A stretch of DNA of 64,000 nucleotides from an uncultured Nitrospiraceae bacterium. Lineage in GTDB: Bacteria > Nitrospirota > Nitrospiria > Nitrospirales > Nitrospiraceae. Below the pieces are notes generated by a model. It ran no database searches. It saw only the letters and a program-made list of their open reading frames with translations, and was not told the DNA's origin. Below, piece after piece: positions 1-11,762 of the stretch. The first letter of the stretch is position 1. Each line of letters starts with the position of its first letter. A program made the translations under genes and the position numbers. The DNA is taken from NCBI GenBank assembly GCA_963706325.1, contig CAVPLT010000004.1:64001-128000 (forward strand), read 5' to 3'.

Positions 1-1008
1 CATGCGAATAAGCGCGAGGAAATCGACATTGTCTACGCGGGGGATATTGCCGCCGCCGTGGGACTCAAGGGGGCGACGACCGGAGACACATTGGCTGACG
101 AGAAACAGCCGGTCCTTCTCGAGATCATGAAATTTCCAGAGCCGGTCATTGCCATGGCTATTGAGCCAAAGACCAAGCCAGACCAGGAAAAGATGGGATT
201 CGCGCTACAGAAGTTGGCGCAGGAGGATCCTTCGTTCAGGGTTCGGACTGATGAGGAAACTGCTCAGACGATTATTGCCGGGATGGGAGAGTTGCATCTC
301 GAAATCATTGTCGATCGCATGCTGCGCGAATTTAAGGTCGAGGCCAATGTCGGCAAGCCTGAGGTGGCGTTTCGTGAAACCATTCGCCGCAAGGCGGAGG
401 CTGAATCGAAGTACATCAAGCAGACGGGTGGGCGTGGACAGTATGGCCACGTTGTGTTGACGGTTGAACCGTCAGAGTCGGGTAAGGGTTTGGAGTTCAT
501 CAATAAGACCGTTGGTGGGTCAATTCCTAAGGAATATATTCCTGCGATTGAAAAGGGTGTGAAGGAGCGGATGGAGACTGGGGTCGTGGCAGGCTTTCCC
601 TTGCGTGATGTCAAGGTGACGGTGATTGATGGTTCCTACCATGACGTTGACTCTAATGAAATGGCTTTTAAAATTGCCGGTTCCATGGGTTTTGCCGATG
701 CGTGCAAAAGGGCCGATCCTGTTCTTCTTGAGCCGATTATGAAGGTTGAAGTCCTGGTGCCACAGGAATTTATGGGTGATGTCATCGGGAATCTGAATGG
801 TCGTCGCGGGAAGGTGCAGGGTATGAAGGTGCGTGCCGGGGCTCAGGCCATTGAAGCAACTGTCCCGTTGATGGAAATGTTTGGTTATGCGACGGATTTG
901 CGGTCACGGACGCAAGGGCGTGCTACGTATAGCATGGAATTTGACCGCTACGACCAAGTGCCCAAGCAAATAGCGGAAGCGATCACTGCCAAGCATCGTG
1001 GCGAATAA
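1..1008 (+). CDS. fusA: Elongation factor G, C-terminal part (5' end outside window)
   Basis: Frame open from base 1 ([23 protein letters not shown]); EF-G motifs [34 protein letters not shown]. Confidence 0.99.
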   Translation, partial: HANKREEIDIVYAGDIAAAVGLKGATTGDTLADEKQPVLLEIMKFPEPVIAMAIEPKTKPDQEKMGFALQKLAQEDPSFRVRTDEETAQTIIAGMGELHLEIIVDRMLREFKVEANVGKPEVAFRETIRRKAEAESKYIKQTGGRGQYGHVVLTVEPSESGKGLEFINKTVGGSIPKEYIPAIEKGVKERMETGVVAGFPLRDVKVTVIDGSYHDVDSNEMAFKIAGSMGFADACKRADPVLLEPIMKVEVLVPQEFMGDVIGNLNGRRGKVQGMKVRAGAQAIEATVPLMEMFGYATDLRSRTQGRATYSMEFDRYDQVPKQIAEAITAKHRGE

Positions 1009-1042
1009 GTTTGTCGATTCTGTGAATTAGGGAGGATCGGGG

Positions 1043-2248
1043 ATGGCGAAGGCGAAATTTGAGCGACGAAAGCCCCACGTGAACATCGGGACGATCGGGC
1101 ACGTGGACCATGGCAAGACGACGTTGACGAGTGCCCTGACCAAGATCTGCTCGGACAAGGGCATGGCGAAGTTCATCAGCTATGACGAAGTGGCGAAGGC
1201 CTCGGAGAGCCAAGGGCGGCGCGATGCCAGCAAGATCATGACCATCGCGATCAGCCACGTGGAGTATGAGACGGCCAACCGGCACTATGCGCACGTCGAT
1301 TGTCCGGGCCACGCGGATTATGTGAAGAACATGATCACCGGGGCCGCGCAAATGGACGGCGCGATTCTGGTGGTGAGCGCGGCCGACGGGCCCATGCCGC
1401 AGACGCGAGAGCACATTTTGTTGGCGCGCCAAGTCGGCGTCCCGTACATCGTGGTGTTTCTGAACAAGGCCGACAAGGTGGATGACAAGGAATTGCTGGA
1501 GCTGGTGGAGCTGGAAGTGCGGGAGTTGCTGACCAAGTACGAGTTTCCGGGCGACAAGATTCCCATCGTGCAGGGCTCGGCGTTGAAGGCGATCGAGGGG
1601 GATCAAGGGCCGTTGGGCGTACCGTCGATTCTGAAGTTATTGGAGGCCGTCGACACCTATATTCCGACGCCGACCCGCGCCATCGATAAGCCGTTTCTGA
1701 TGCCGATCGAAGACGTCTTCACGATCAGCGGGCGCGGGACGGTCGTGACGGGGCGCTGCGAGAAGGGGATCGTGAAGGTGGGCGATGAAATCGAAATCGT
1801 CGGGTTGAAGCCGACGCAGACGACCATCGTGACCGGCGTGGAAATGTTCCGCAAGGTTCTCGACGAAGGGCAGGCGGGCGATAACATCGGCGTCTTGCTG
1901 CGCGGGACGAAGAAGGAAGATGTGGAGCGGGGCATGGTGCTGGCGAAGCCCAAGAGCATCACGCCGCATACGAAGTTCAAGGCCGAGATCTATGTGTTGA
2001 CGAAGGAAGAGGGCGGGCGGCATACGCCGTTTTTCAACGGGTACCGGCCGCAGTTCTACTTCCGGACGACGGACGTGACGGGAATCGTGACGCTGACGCC
2101 GGGGGTGGAGATGGTCATGCCCGGAGACAATGTGACGGTGACCGGCGAGTTGATCAGCCCGATCGCCATGGATCAGGGGCTGCGCTTTGCGGTGCGCGAG
2201 GGTGGGAAAACCGTCGGCTCAGGCGTCGTCACTGAAATTCTAGCGTAG
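1043..2248 (+). CDS. tuf: Elongation factor Tu
   Basis: [28 protein letters not shown] motifs; follows fusA. Confidence 0.99.
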   Translation: MAKAKFERRKPHVNIGTIGHVDHGKTTLTSALTKICSDKGMAKFISYDEVAKASESQGRRDASKIMTIAISHVEYETANRHYAHVDCPGHADYVKNMITGAAQMDGAILVVSAADGPMPQTREHILLARQVGVPYIVVFLNKADKVDDKELLELVELEVRELLTKYEFPGDKIPIVQGSALKAIEGDQGPLGVPSILKLLEAVDTYIPTPTRAIDKPFLMPIEDVFTISGRGTVVTGRCEKGIVKVGDEIEIVGLKPTQTTIVTGVEMFRKVLDEGQAGDNIGVLLRGTKKEDVERGMVLAKPKSITPHTKFKAEIYVLTKEEGGRHTPFFNGYRPQFYFRTTDVTGIVTLTPGVEMVMPGDNVTVTGELISPIAMDQGLRFAVREGGKTVGSGVVTEILA

Positions 2249-2288
2249 CGATGTCGCAGGCATTAGGCCGGCATGTGAGGAGTAGAGC

Positions 2289-2600
2289 GTGAAAGTCGAT
2301 CAAAGAATTCGTATCAGGTTGCGCGGATTTGACTATCGCGTGCTTGATCAGTCTGTGGTGGAAATTGTTGAGACGGTTAGGAGAAGTGGCGCGAGAGTTG
2401 TTGGTCCAATTCCCTTACCGACAAGAATCGAGAAGTTTACAGTTCTGCGGTCGACTCATGTTGACAAGAAGTCCCGCGAACAATTTGAGATCCGTACGCA
2501 CAAGCGGCTGTTGGATATCATGGAGCCCACGCCCGAGACGATGGATTCCCTGATGAAGCTAAATTTGGCAGCGGGTGTGGATGTGGAAATCAAGCTCTGA
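2289..2600 (+). CDS. rpsJ: 30S ribosomal protein S10
   Basis: [29 protein letters not shown]10 operon position. Confidence 0.99.
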   Translation: MKVDQRIRIRLRGFDYRVLDQSVVEIVETVRRSGARVVGPIPLPTRIEKFTVLRSTHVDKKSREQFEIRTHKRLLDIMEPTPETMDSLMKLNLAAGVDVEIKL

Positions 2601-2638
2601 TGGTTGGTTAAGCCAACTGTAACTGAGCTGACAGGAAG

Positions 2639-3262
2639 ATGATGACAAACGGATTATTGGGTAGAAAATTAGGAATGACCCAGGTTTACGACGAAAGCGT
2701 GCTAGAGCCAGTCACAGTGATTGAGGCCGGTCCTTGTCGAGTCGTGGCGATTAGGACCAAGGAGCGAGACGGTTATGAGGCGGTGCAACTCTCTTTTGGG
2801 GAGGTGAAGGAGCGTAAGTTATCCAGCGGCGAGCTCGGTCACCTTAAAAAGCATCAGGCTCCAGCTAGTCGTTGGCTCAGAGAATTTCCCAAGGTTGGAG
2901 ATGTGACTGTCGGTGCAACCGTAAAAGTCGATATGTTCAAGAAGGGTGATTGGGTGGATGTGGTTGGGGTATCTAAGGGTAAAGGCTTCCAGGGGGTCAT
3001 GAAGCGCCATAACTACTCCGGTGGGCCGGAGTCTCACGGTTCCATGTTTCACCGCGCACCGGGTTCAATTGGTGCCAGTTCATATCCATCGCGAGTCTGG
3101 AAGAATAAGGCCCTCCCTGGGCATATGGGGGATGAGCGCGTAACTGTACAGCGCTTGAAGGTGATTGACGCTCGTCCAGATGAAAACCTGTTGTTTGTCC
3201 GCGGAGCAGTGCCAGGTGGTGTGAATGGGCTGCTGATTGTGCGGAAGTCGAAGAAGAGTTGA
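2639..3262 (+). CDS. rplC: 50S ribosomal protein L3
   Basis: [25 protein letters not shown]; gene order. Confidence 0.99.
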   Translation: MMTNGLLGRKLGMTQVYDESVLEPVTVIEAGPCRVVAIRTKERDGYEAVQLSFGEVKERKLSSGELGHLKKHQAPASRWLREFPKVGDVTVGATVKVDMFKKGDWVDVVGVSKGKGFQGVMKRHNYSGGPESHGSMFHRAPGSIGASSYPSRVWKNKALPGHMGDERVTVQRLKVIDARPDENLLFVRGAVPGGVNGLLIVRKSKKS

Positions 3263-3265
3263 GCT

Positions 3266-3889
3266 ATGCCGACCGTTGACGTTATTGATTCGAAAAAGAA
3301 AAAAGTAGGTACGGTAGATTTGCCGAACGAAGTATTCGGCTGCAAGCCCCATGTCACTCTCGTTCACGAAGTCGTTGTGATGCAGCGAGCCTGTGATCGT
3401 CAGGGCACCGCGTCCACATTGCGTCGAGGCGAAGTGAGTGGGTCAGGCAAGAAGCCTTGGAAGCAAAAGCATACGGGGCGCGCACGTGCTGGATCGATCC
3501 GTTCTCCGGTATGGAGGCATGGAGGGACTGTGTTCGGTCCCAAGCCGAGGAGCTACGCGTTCGGAATGCCGAGAAAGAAATACCGAGCGGCATTACAAAG
3601 CGCGCTGTCGGCAAAATTGCTTGAGGGAAGTGTGGTTGTGGTGTCCGACTTAGCGATTGAGCAGGCTAAGACGAAGCTGCTTGCCAAGGCATTAACCCAG
3701 CTTGGGATTGCGGGCAGTACGTTACTTGTCATCGGCGATGCAGGTTCAAATGTGGTGCAGGCGGGAAAAAATCTCGCTCACGTCACGGTGCTCAGGCCTG
3801 AAGAGCTGAATGTGTATGACATTGTGCGCTGCAACTCCATTGTTATCCCTCAGCGTGAGTTGGACCGTGTTCGTGAGGTGTGGTCATGA
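3266..3889 (+). CDS. rplD: 50S ribosomal protein L4
   Basis: KKPWKQKHTGRARAGS, GGTVFGPKPR. Confidence 0.99.
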   Translation: MPTVDVIDSKKKKVGTVDLPNEVFGCKPHVTLVHEVVVMQRACDRQGTASTLRRGEVSGSGKKPWKQKHTGRARAGSIRSPVWRHGGTVFGPKPRSYAFGMPRKKYRAALQSALSAKLLEGSVVVVSDLAIEQAKTKLLAKALTQLGIAGSTLLVIGDAGSNVVQAGKNLAHVTVLRPEELNVYDIVRCNSIVIPQRELDRVREVWS

Positions 3890-4179
3890 AGGGCGACCTC
3901 CATCAGGTGCTTATCCAGCCATTGTTGACTGAAAAAATTACCGCACTGCGGGAGCAAACGAATACGGTCGGGTTTTTAGTGCATCCGGATGCGAATAAAA
4001 TCCAGATTAAGCAGGCTGTCGAATCGCTACTCAAGGTTAAGGTTTCGCGCGTGAATGTGGTCAATATTCGCGGCAAGGTCAAGCGATTAGGTCGGTTTGT
4101 TGGAAAAAGATCTGATTGGAAGAAGGCATTCGTCACCTTGAAGGAAGGCGAGAAGCTGGAGCTGTACGAAGGCGTGTAG
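3886..4179 (+). CDS. rplW: 50S ribosomal protein L23
   Basis: PLLTEK, ANKIQIKQAVE, WKKAFVTL; ATG overlaps rplD stop (ATGA). Confidence 0.98.
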   Translation: MKGDLHQVLIQPLLTEKITALREQTNTVGFLVHPDANKIQIKQAVESLLKVKVSRVNVVNIRGKVKRLGRFVGKRSDWKKAFVTLKEGEKLELYEGV

Positions 4180-4212
4180 CGTGCGGTCATCTCGACAGAG
4201 TGGGAATCAGCT

Positions 4213-5040
4213 ATGGCATTAAAAGTTTATAAGCCAACATCTCCGGGGCGGCGTGGAATGACCGCCATACAAGGCGAGCAGCTGACGAAGAAGAAGCCTG
4301 AAAAGGCGCTGACGGGATTCCACCTTCGCACTGGCGGAAGAAATAACGATGGTCGACAAACGATTCGTTTTCGTGGCGGTGGGCATAAGCGATTGTACCG
4401 TCAGATTGATTTCCGCCGTGACAAGGTTGGTGTTCCGGCCAAGGTGGCGGCGATTGAATATGATCCAAACCGTTCAGCGAGAATTGCGTTGCTGCATTAT
4501 GCGGATGGTGAAAAGCGATACATTTTGGCCCCGGTTGGCCTTGCGGTGGGCGATAGCGTTGAAGCTGGTGCCGGTGCGGAGGTTCGTTCAGGGAATTCGC
4601 TTCCCCTGCTCAATATCCCTCTAGGTACCACGATTCATAATATTGAATTAAAGCCAGGGAAAGGTGGTCAGCTCGTACGCAGTGCCGGAGGATCGGCCCA
4701 GGTGATGGGTCGTGATGGGTTGTATGTACAGATTCGTCTCAACTCAGGGGAAATGCGCAAGGTCTTGTCGACCTGTGTGGCCACTGTTGGGCAGGTAGGA
4801 AATGTCGACCACGAAAATGTGGTAGTTGGCAAGGCTGGACGCACGCGATGGAAGGGCAGGCGTCCCCATGTTCGTGGCGTCGTCATGAACCCGGTCGATC
4901 ACCCGCACGGCGGTGGAGAGGGGAAGTCTGGTCAGGGTAATCCCCATCCCGTGTCTCCGTGGGGCACTCCGGCCAAGGGTTACAAAACGCGCAAGAACAA
5001 GGCGACCGACAAATTCATAATCGCGCGCAGAAAGAAGTAG
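4213..5040 (+). CDS. rplB: 50S ribosomal protein L2
   Basis: [29 protein letters not shown]. Confidence 0.99.
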   Translation: MALKVYKPTSPGRRGMTAIQGEQLTKKKPEKALTGFHLRTGGRNNDGRQTIRFRGGGHKRLYRQIDFRRDKVGVPAKVAAIEYDPNRSARIALLHYADGEKRYILAPVGLAVGDSVEAGAGAEVRSGNSLPLLNIPLGTTIHNIELKPGKGGQLVRSAGGSAQVMGRDGLYVQIRLNSGEMRKVLSTCVATVGQVGNVDHENVVVGKAGRTRWKGRRPHVRGVVMNPVDHPHGGGEGKSGQGNPHPVSPWGTPAKGYKTRKNKATDKFIIARRKK

Positions 5041-5050
5041 GAGCGGACTT

Positions 5051-5338
5051 ATGCCTCGTTCAGTTACAAAAGGTCCCTTTGTCGATGATCATCTGCTCAA
5101 GAAAGTAGAGCTGATGAATCAAAATAAAGACCGGAAACTTATCAAGACATGGTCGCGGCGATCAACTGTGGTTCCGGATATGATCGGGCATACGTTTGCG
5201 GTTCATAATGGGAAGAAGTTCATCCCCGTGTTCGTCACGGAAAATATGGTCGGCCATAAGCTGGGGGAATTTGCTCCGACGCGCTTCTTCAAGGGGCACG
5301 GACAGGCAAAGACTGAAAAGGCAGTGGCGCTTAAGTAA
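5051..5338 (+). CDS. rpsS: 30S ribosomal protein S19
   Basis: [20 protein letters not shown]. Confidence 0.99.
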   Translation: MPRSVTKGPFVDDHLLKKVELMNQNKDRKLIKTWSRRSTVVPDMIGHTFAVHNGKKFIPVFVTENMVGHKLGEFAPTRFFKGHGQAKTEKAVALK

Positions 5339-5382
5339 TTGCGGGCTTCTTGAGAAGTCGGCAGGTTCGGATGGGGTCAGCT

Positions 5383-5724
5383 ATGGCAGAAGCAAAAGCA
5401 AATTTAAGGTTTGTGCGGGTTACGCCTCGAAAGGCGCGCGTCGTGATCGACATGATTCGAGGGCAACAAGTGCCGATGGCTCTTGCCATGCTCCGGCATA
5501 CTCCGAAGCACGCAGCACGGGTGATCGAAAAGCTGCTTAAGTCAGCGGTGGCCAATGCTGAGCAAAAGGAGTTGGGCGATACTGACGAAATGTGGATTAG
5601 TCAAGCAGTCGTCAACTGTGGGCCGATCTATAAGCGCTTTCGTGCCAGATCCATGGGACGGGCGAATTCTATTCAGAAGCGTACGAGTCATATTACGATT
5701 GCGGTTGCCGTCCCTGGGGCGTGA
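5383..5724 (+). CDS. rplV: 50S ribosomal protein L22
   Basis: RVTPRKAR, KSAVANAE, KRTSHITI; start moved to ATG 5383. Confidence 0.98.
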   Translation: MAEAKANLRFVRVTPRKARVVIDMIRGQQVPMALAMLRHTPKHAARVIEKLLKSAVANAEQKELGDTDEMWISQAVVNCGPIYKRFRARSMGRANSIQKRTSHITIAVAVPGA

Positions 5725-5767
5725 CCGGATAACTAGCGTTTTACACTTAGACTGAGGTTGATTTTCA

Positions 5768-6436
5768 ATGGGTCAGAAGACACATCCAATTGGTTATCGC
5801 ATCGGGTATAACTACACCTGGAGCTCCCGCTGGTATGCGGACAAAGACTACGCCAGACTTCTCCATCAAGATATCAAGATACGAAAGATGGTCAAGGCTA
5901 AGCTATACCATGCTGGCGTCTCCAAGGTAGAGATCGAGCGATCAGGCGATCAGACCAGGGTGATTATCCACACCGCTCGTCCGGGCATTATTATCGGTCG
6001 CAAGGGAGCTGAAGTTGACAAGCTCAAAGCTGCACTTGAGAAGGAGTACTCCGGCCAGGCCTATATCACTGTGAAGGAAATTAAGAAACCTGAGCTGGAT
6101 GCGCAGTTGGTCAGTGAGAATGTCGCCACTCAGTTGGAAAAGCGCGTGGCGTTCCGTCGGGCGATGAAGCGCAGTGTGCAATCTGCGCTCCGTTTGGGTG
6201 CCCAGGGCATCAAAATCATGGTTGCGGGGCGATTGGGTGGAGCTGAGATTGCGAGGACCGAGTGGTACCGCGAAGGCCGCGTGCCGCTACATACGTTGCG
6301 CGCAGAGATAGATTACGGTTTTGCCGAGGCTCACACCACCATGGGCCAGATCGGGGTGAAAGCCTGGATCTACAAGGGTGAGCTTCTGCCTGCGCTCCAG
6401 CTAAAGCCAGACTCTTCATTGGGTCGACTTGGTTAA
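5768..6436 (+). CDS. rpsC: 30S ribosomal protein S3
   Basis: [36 protein letters not shown]. Confidence 0.99.
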   Translation: MGQKTHPIGYRIGYNYTWSSRWYADKDYARLLHQDIKIRKMVKAKLYHAGVSKVEIERSGDQTRVIIHTARPGIIIGRKGAEVDKLKAALEKEYSGQAYITVKEIKKPELDAQLVSENVATQLEKRVAFRRAMKRSVQSALRLGAQGIKIMVAGRLGGAEIARTEWYREGRVPLHTLRAEIDYGFAEAHTTMGQIGVKAWIYKGELLPALQLKPDSSLGRLG

Positions 6437-6463
6437 AGAACTCGATAAGGAAAAGGTGGCCTT

Positions 6464-6880
6464 GTGTTAGCGCCAAAGAAAGTCAAATTTAGAAAAATGC
6501 AGAAGGGTCGGATGCGGGGGAAGGCCTACCGCGGAGGAGCCATTACGCTCGGCGAATTCGGATTGAAGGCACTGGAGCCTGGTTGGGTCACCAGCCGTCA
6601 AATCGAGGCCGCCCGTATTGCCATCACTCGATTCGTCAAGCGAGGCGGGCAGGTGTGGACTAGAATTTTTCCTGACAAGCCTATCACCAAAAAGCCGGCA
6701 GAAACCCGCATGGGTAAGGGCAAAGGGAATCCGGAGTATTGGGTAGCCGTCGTGAAGCCGGGGAGAATCATGTACGAAATGGGAGGGGTGGCTCCCGATG
6801 TTGCGAAGCAAGCATTAAAGTTAGCTGCTTATAAGCTTCCCATCGCAACCAAGTTTGTTGCGCGCGGCGAGTTTCAGTAA
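6464..6880 (+). CDS. rplP: 50S ribosomal protein L16
   Basis: [29 protein letters not shown]. Confidence 0.99.
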   Translation: MLAPKKVKFRKMQKGRMRGKAYRGGAITLGEFGLKALEPGWVTSRQIEAARIAITRFVKRGGQVWTRIFPDKPITKKPAETRMGKGKGNPEYWVAVVKPGRIMYEMGGVAPDVAKQALKLAAYKLPIATKFVARGEFQ

Positions 6881-6908
6881 CCTGTAGCCTGTGTTGAGTG
6901 GTGATGTG

Positions 6909-7130
6909 ATGGATGTGAAAGACATGAGCGGGCTCACGATCGATGAATTATCCGACAAGGAAAAGCAGCTCCGTCAAGAGCTGTTCACCTTTCGATTTCA
7001 GCTTGGTACGGGCCGCCTCGAAAATCCGATGCAAGTCCGGAATACTAAGCGTGACATTGCCCGACTCAAAACGGTGAAACGTCAATTGGAATTGCTCCAG
7101 ACACAAGCCGGCCACCTCGGCGGCAAGTAA
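6909..7130 (+). CDS. rpmC: 50S ribosomal protein L29
   Basis: [22 protein letters not shown]; between rplP and rpsQ. Confidence 0.96.
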   Translation: MDVKDMSGLTIDELSDKEKQLRQELFTFRFQLGTGRLENPMQVRNTKRDIARLKTVKRQLELLQTQAGHLGGK

Positions 7131-7144
7131 GAGAGAAGAGGCGT

Positions 7145-7414
7145 ATGAAGGAAGGCCAACGACATCGGCGTGAGTGGTACGGTAGCGTCGTCAGTAACAA
7201 AATGAATAAGACTGTGGTAGTTGCCGTTGAGCGATCGGTGATTCACCCGGTTTATAAAAAGGTTCTTCGACGGCTCACGACGCTTAAGGCCCACGATGAG
7301 GGGAATGTGTGCAAGGTTGGAGATCGGGTGCAACTGGCCGAGACCCGTCCCATCAGCAAAGACAAGCACTGGCGTGTGGTACGTGTCATGGTAAAGGGGC
7401 AGCCTGAAAAGTAA
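7145..7414 (+). CDS. rpsQ: 30S ribosomal protein S17
   Basis: [23 protein letters not shown]. Confidence 0.98.
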   Translation: MKEGQRHRREWYGSVVSNKMNKTVVVAVERSVIHPVYKKVLRRLTTLKAHDEGNVCKVGDRVQLAETRPISKDKHWRVVRVMVKGQPEK

Positions 7415-7478
7415 CTCCGGATTACACTTGAAATGCCAAGGGACTATTCCTTTTTGGCAGGGTGAGTAGGGCAGGGGC

Positions 7479-7847
7479 ATGATTCAGAATTACACATACA
7501 TGGATGTAGCCGATAATTCCGGCGCGAAGCAGGTCATGTGTTTCCATGTGCTTGGGGGAACACGGCGACGATATGGATCTCTTGGTGACATTGTGGTCGT
7601 TGCAGTTAAGGAAGCAATTCCTCAGGCTGGGGTCAAGAAGGGCGATGTGAGCCGAGCCGTTATTGTGCGAACGACGAAGGAAGTTCGAAGGGACGATGGT
7701 TCCTATATTAAATTTGATCGCAACGCCTGTGTTTTGATCAATGCTCAGGGGGAGCCCGTCGGAACTCGTATCTTTGGACCCGTCGCACGGGAACTGCGCT
7801 GGAAAAAATTCATGAAAATCATCTCGCTTGCTCCGGAAGTGTTGTAG
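7479..7847 (+). CDS. rplN: 50S ribosomal protein L14
   Basis: [29 protein letters not shown]. Confidence 0.99.
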   Translation: MIQNYTYMDVADNSGAKQVMCFHVLGGTRRRYGSLGDIVVVAVKEAIPQAGVKKGDVSRAVIVRTTKEVRRDDGSYIKFDRNACVLINAQGEPVGTRIFGPVARELRWKKFMKIISLAPEVL

Positions 7848-7861
7848 GTGGAAAAGGAAAG

Positions 7862-8200
7862 GTGTTAGCAAGGATGGCGCGAATCAAAACGAAAATTCGC
7901 AAGGGCGATACCGTTGTGGTGGTCACCGGTCGTGAGCGTGGGAAGTCCGGTAAGGTCTTGTCGGTTGACACCGTGAATGCCAAGATCGTCGTGGAAAAGC
8001 TCAATATGCTCAAGCGTCACACGAAGCCGAATCAAAAGCTTCGGCAGGGTGGCATTCTTGAGCGGGAGGCACCCCTGGCCATCTCAAATGTCATGTTTTT
8101 GTGTCCAATAACGAAGAAACCAACTCGGTTGGGGATCAGGCGCAAAGACGACGGTGGCCGCGCCAGACTGAGTAAAAAATCAAAAGAAATCGTTGAATAG
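7862..8200 (+). CDS. rplX: 50S ribosomal protein L24
   Basis: [16 protein letters not shown] motif; EAPLAISNV; start may be 7874. Confidence 0.97.
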   Translation: MLARMARIKTKIRKGDTVVVVTGRERGKSGKVLSVDTVNAKIVVEKLNMLKRHTKPNQKLRQGGILEREAPLAISNVMFLCPITKKPTRLGIRRKDDGGRARLSKKSKEIVE

Positions 8201-8220
8201 TCGGAACAGGAAAGACGTTC

Positions 8221-8874
8221 ATGGCAAAAGTTGAGAAGGGTAAGGGCGGCAAAGGGGCTAGTCCTCGGTCATCCGCAAAGAAGGAAGCTGTTGCACCTGA
8301 GTTGTCTCAGGATTCAGGGAGCGAGCATCAGTTCGCGCCTCGGCTCAGAGATACCTACCGAGATCAGGTTGTTCCAGCTCTCATGAAAGAATTCGGATAC
8401 GGTAATCTGATGCAGGTGCCACGGCTGGAGCGGATCGTATTGAATGTGGGAATGGGCGAAGCCATTCAGAATGTGAAATTACTTGAAAGTGCGTCCGCCG
8501 AATTGGGTATCATCACCGGGCAAAAGCCCATCACTACGCGGGCGAAAAAAGCGATCGCAGGATTTAAGTTGCGCCAGGGGATGCCGATTGGGGCGAAGGT
8601 TACGTTGCGCAGTCGACGCATGTGGGAATTTCTTGATCGTTTGATTTCCCTTGCACTCCCACGAATTCGTGATTTTCGCGGTGTGTCACCCAAGGCCTTC
8701 GATGGTCGTGGTAACTATACCCTTGGGTTAAAAGAGCAATTGATCTTCCCTGAAATCGAATATGACACTGTGGCCTCCATTCACGGAATGGATATCACCA
8801 TTGTCACCACCGCGCGAACAAATGATGAAGGTAAAGCATTGCTCAAACATTTGGGTATGCCATTCCGAGCTTAA
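8221..8874 (+). CDS. rplE: 50S ribosomal protein L5 with N-terminal extension
   Basis: [34 protein letters not shown]. Confidence 0.99.
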   Translation: MAKVEKGKGGKGASPRSSAKKEAVAPELSQDSGSEHQFAPRLRDTYRDQVVPALMKEFGYGNLMQVPRLERIVLNVGMGEAIQNVKLLESASAELGIITGQKPITTRAKKAIAGFKLRQGMPIGAKVTLRSRRMWEFLDRLISLALPRIRDFRGVSPKAFDGRGNYTLGLKEQLIFPEIEYDTVASIHGMDITIVTTARTNDEGKALLKHLGMPFRA

Positions 8875-8933
8875 TGATCGGCCCAAAGTGAGCTCGGTGT
8901 TGTTTTTCGACATGTCTTAGCAAGGGGGATCGT

Positions 8934-9119
8934 GTGTCAAGATTAGCACTGAAGAATAAGGCCGCCGCAAAACCAAAATTCAGCTGTCGGGAATACCACC
9001 GATGTGGCCTTTGCGGTCGAGTACGTGGGTTTCTGCGTCGCTTTCGTATGTGCCGCATCTGCTTTCGATCCCTTAGTCTTAAGGGGGAAATTCCAGGAGT
9101 TCGAAAGTCAAGTTGGTAG
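8934..9119 (+). CDS. rpsN: 30S ribosomal protein S14, short Zn-binding (CxxC..CxxC) type
   Basis: [25 protein letters not shown]; 61 aa. Confidence 0.98.
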   Translation: MSRLALKNKAAAKPKFSCREYHRCGLCGRVRGFLRRFRMCRICFRSLSLKGEIPGVRKSSW

Positions 9120-9165
9120 ACGTTTCGGTCCCATGCTTGCTAGTGCAAGCGCAGAAGAGGATTGC

Positions 9166-9561
9166 ATGATTACTGATCCAATTGCTGATTTGTTGGTGAG
9201 ACTGGGTAACGCTGCGAGTCGCCGCCAGGATGTGGTGAAGGTTCCCGTTTCAAAGGTCAAACGCCAAATCCTCAATATTCTTGGTAAAGAGGGATTCATT
9301 CAAGGGTATGGCGAAATGCAAGTTGATGGCCACCCATTTTTCTCGGTTCAACTGCGCTATGTTGAAGAGACACGGCCTATGATCACGGGGATGCGCCGCA
9401 TCAGCAAGCCGGGGCGTCGAGTCTATGTTGGACGAGATGATGTACCGAAAGTGCGTAACGGCATCGGCGTGGCCGTCATTTCCACCTCGAAAGGTCTCAT
9501 GACCGACAGTGAATCCAGACGGTCCGGTTTAGGCGGTGAAGTTCTCTGTTCTGTCTGGTAA
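9166..9561 (+). CDS. rpsH: 30S ribosomal protein S8
   Basis: MITDPIADLL, RISKPGRRVY, STSKG, GGEVLC; true start ATG 9166 inside the longer ORF. Confidence 0.98.
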   Translation: MITDPIADLLVRLGNAASRRQDVVKVPVSKVKRQILNILGKEGFIQGYGEMQVDGHPFFSVQLRYVEETRPMITGMRRISKPGRRVYVGRDDVPKVRNGIGVAVISTSKGLMTDSESRRSGLGGEVLCSVW

Positions 9562-9617
9562 ACATCGCTTGAGACACGCAGTAATATTTAGCATTGTAGT
9601 AACGTAACGGGGTTCGT

Positions 9618-10154
9618 ATGTCGCGGATAGGCAGAAAACCAATTCCAGTTCCGACCGGAGTCGATGTCAAGGTTGCTGGGCGCGTTGTTTCCATCAAGGG
9701 GCCTATGGGTAAGCTTGATTGGAATCTAACCGAAGGCATGAGCGTGGGTGTCAGTGACGGTCAACTTGTTGTGGCCAGGGCAAGCGATGCCAGAGAGTTA
9801 CGGGCTATGCACGGGTTAGTGCGCGCTGAGCTCAGTAACATAATTCAAGGAGTGACCAAGGGCTACGAAAAGGCCATGGAAATTACTGGGGTAGGCTATA
9901 AGGCACAGCTCCAGGGTAGAGAAATGAGTTTCAGCGTCGGCTACATTAATCCTGTGATCTTTACCGTTCCTCAGGGTATTGATGTGAAAGTCGATAAGCA
10001 AACGCTTATTTCCATTCGAGGTGTGGATAAGCGGCTCGTTGGTCAAGTTGCTGCAAATATCCGCTCAATCAAGCCCCCTGATGTGTATAAGCAAAAAGGA
10101 ATTCGCTACGCCGGTGAAGTCTTGCGGAAGAAGGCCGGCAAGACCGGGAAGTAG
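9618..10154 (+). CDS. rplF: 50S ribosomal protein L6
   Basis: MSRIGRKPI, GVGYKA, PPDVYKQKGIRY. Confidence 0.99.
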   Translation: MSRIGRKPIPVPTGVDVKVAGRVVSIKGPMGKLDWNLTEGMSVGVSDGQLVVARASDARELRAMHGLVRAELSNIIQGVTKGYEKAMEITGVGYKAQLQGREMSFSVGYINPVIFTVPQGIDVKVDKQTLISIRGVDKRLVGQVAANIRSIKPPDVYKQKGIRYAGEVLRKKAGKTGK

Positions 10155-10163
10155 AGGTTGCTC

Positions 10164-10529
10164 ATGAATACTCAAGAAAAAAATCGCAAGCTAGACCGTC
10201 GTAAACGTCGTGTGCGGAAGTCCGTAATTGGGACTAATGACCGACCACGATTGAATGTGTTTCGAAGCCGTTCGCATATCTACGCCCAGATCATTGATGA
10301 TCTCCGAGGGCACACGGTTGCCGCGGCGTCCACTTTGGATGAAGCCTTGAAAAAATCTGTAAAATCCACCGGTAGCATCGAAGGCGCGAAGGCTGTTGGT
10401 AAGCTCATCGCAGAGCGAGCAAAGGAAGCCAAAGTAACGATGGTGGTGTTTGATCGCGGTGGCCGCCAATATCATGGTCGCGTCAAAGCATTGGCCGAGG
10501 CGTCACGTGAAGGGGGGCTGCAATTTTAG
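10164..10529 (+). CDS. rplR: 50S ribosomal protein L18
   Basis: [29 protein letters not shown]. Confidence 0.98.
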   Translation: MNTQEKNRKLDRRKRRVRKSVIGTNDRPRLNVFRSRSHIYAQIIDDLRGHTVAAASTLDEALKKSVKSTGSIEGAKAVGKLIAERAKEAKVTMVVFDRGGRQYHGRVKALAEASREGGLQF

Positions 10530-10603
10530 TTGCAGCTTTGTCTGTGCTCCCCACCCTCTACTTGTAGTATGGCAAACGAGACGACTTAAAGGAGAATGAC
10601 GTT

Positions 10604-11107
10604 GTGCGAGTCAATCCCGAAGAATTGAGTCTTAAAGACAAGGTGGTGTTCATCAACCGCGTCGCCAAGGTTGTCAAGGGCGGAAAGCGTTTCAATTTTT
10701 GCGCCCTCGTTGTAGTCGGGGATGGGCAAGGGTATGTGGGAATTGGAAAAGGGAAGGCCGCAGAGGTTCCCGTAGCGATTTCCAAAGCGGTTGAGCAGGC
10801 CAAAAAACATCTGGTGAAGGTACCTATAAAAGGTGGAACCATCCCTCACGAAGTGCACGGACTGTTTGGCGCGGAGCACGTCCTATTAAAACCAGCGGCC
10901 GACGGAACGGGGATTATTGCGGGCGGGGCGGTTCGTGCGGTTGTGGAATTGGCTGGCGCCCATAACATCATTGCCAAGACATTGGGTCGTGGAAATCCGT
11001 TCAACACGGTGCGGGCAACTCTTAACGGACTCCAGCAACTGCGTGATCCGCAGGAAGTCATGCGGCTACGGCGAAGCCCTGGGGTCGAAGCGCAGGTACA
11101 TATCTGA
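10604..11107 (+). CDS. rpsE: 30S ribosomal protein S5
   Basis: [20 protein letters not shown]. Confidence 0.99.
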   Translation: MRVNPEELSLKDKVVFINRVAKVVKGGKRFNFCALVVVGDGQGYVGIGKGKAAEVPVAISKAVEQAKKHLVKVPIKGGTIPHEVHGLFGAEHVLLKPAADGTGIIAGGAVRAVVELAGAHNIIAKTLGRGNPFNTVRATLNGLQQLRDPQEVMRLRRSPGVEAQVHI

Positions 11108-11316
11108 TGGCTATTGAAAAAAGAACGACGACTGTGGCGTCTGGTTTTAAGATTACTCTGAAACGAAGCCCCATTGGGACTCCTTATAAGCACAGGTTGG
11201 TTCTCAGAGGATTAGGTCTTCGAAAAATGCATGCGACCGTATTACGGCCAGCCAGCGATCAAGTCAAGGGCATGATTGCCAAGGTGGGTTATCTATTGGA
11301 AGTGAGTCCGCAATGA
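11107..11316 (+). CDS. rpmD: 50S ribosomal protein L30
   Basis: [21 protein letters not shown]; between rpsE and rplO. Confidence 0.95.
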   Translation: MAIEKRTTTVASGFKITLKRSPIGTPYKHRLVLRGLGLRKMHATVLRPASDQVKGMIAKVGYLLEVSPQ

Positions 11317-11762
11317 AGTTACATGATCTTACTCCTTCAAAAGGGGCTAAGCACAAGCGCAAGCGAATTGGTCGCGGCCCTGGATCTGGGCACGGGAAAA
11401 CTGCCACCAAAGGTCACAAAGGACTTAAGGCGCGCTCGGGCGGTGGCAAGCGCCCAGGGTTTGAAGGCGGACAGATGCCGCTGGTTAGACGAATTCCTAA
11501 ATATGGATTTGTGAACCAATTTCGGACCGAATATACCATCGTCAATCTGAAAAGCCTGGCCGATCTGGAAACGACAGAAGCTATTACGCCCCAACTCTTG
11601 ATGAATGAAGGCCTTGTGCGACGAAAAGGACAACTGATTAAGATCCTTGCCCAGGGAGAGGTCACAAGACCCCTAGTGGTCCAGGCTCACAAGTTCAGTA
11701 AGTCTGCCGAGGCAAAGATTCAGGCAGCTGGGGGGAGGGCCGAGGTCATTCCCAGTGTTTGA
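11313..11762 (+). CDS. rplO: 50S ribosomal protein L15
   Basis: [26 protein letters not shown]. Confidence 0.99.
   Translation: MKLHDLTPSKGAKHKRKRIGRGPGSGHGKTATKGHKGLKARSGGGKRPGFEGGQMPLVRRIPKYGFVNQFRTEYTIVNLKSLADLETTEAITPQLLMNEGLVRRKGQLIKILAQGEVTRPLVVQAHKFSKSAEAKIQAAGGRAEVIPSV

Noticed and set aside
983..1606. 207-aa minus-strand ORF (and similar ones opposite other conserved genes)
   Set aside because: Antisense shadow of tuf caused by codon bias; no recognisable motifs
9004..9165. Apparent 54-aa N-terminal extension of S8
   Set aside because: Overlaps rpsN; the conserved S8 start and RBS are at 9166
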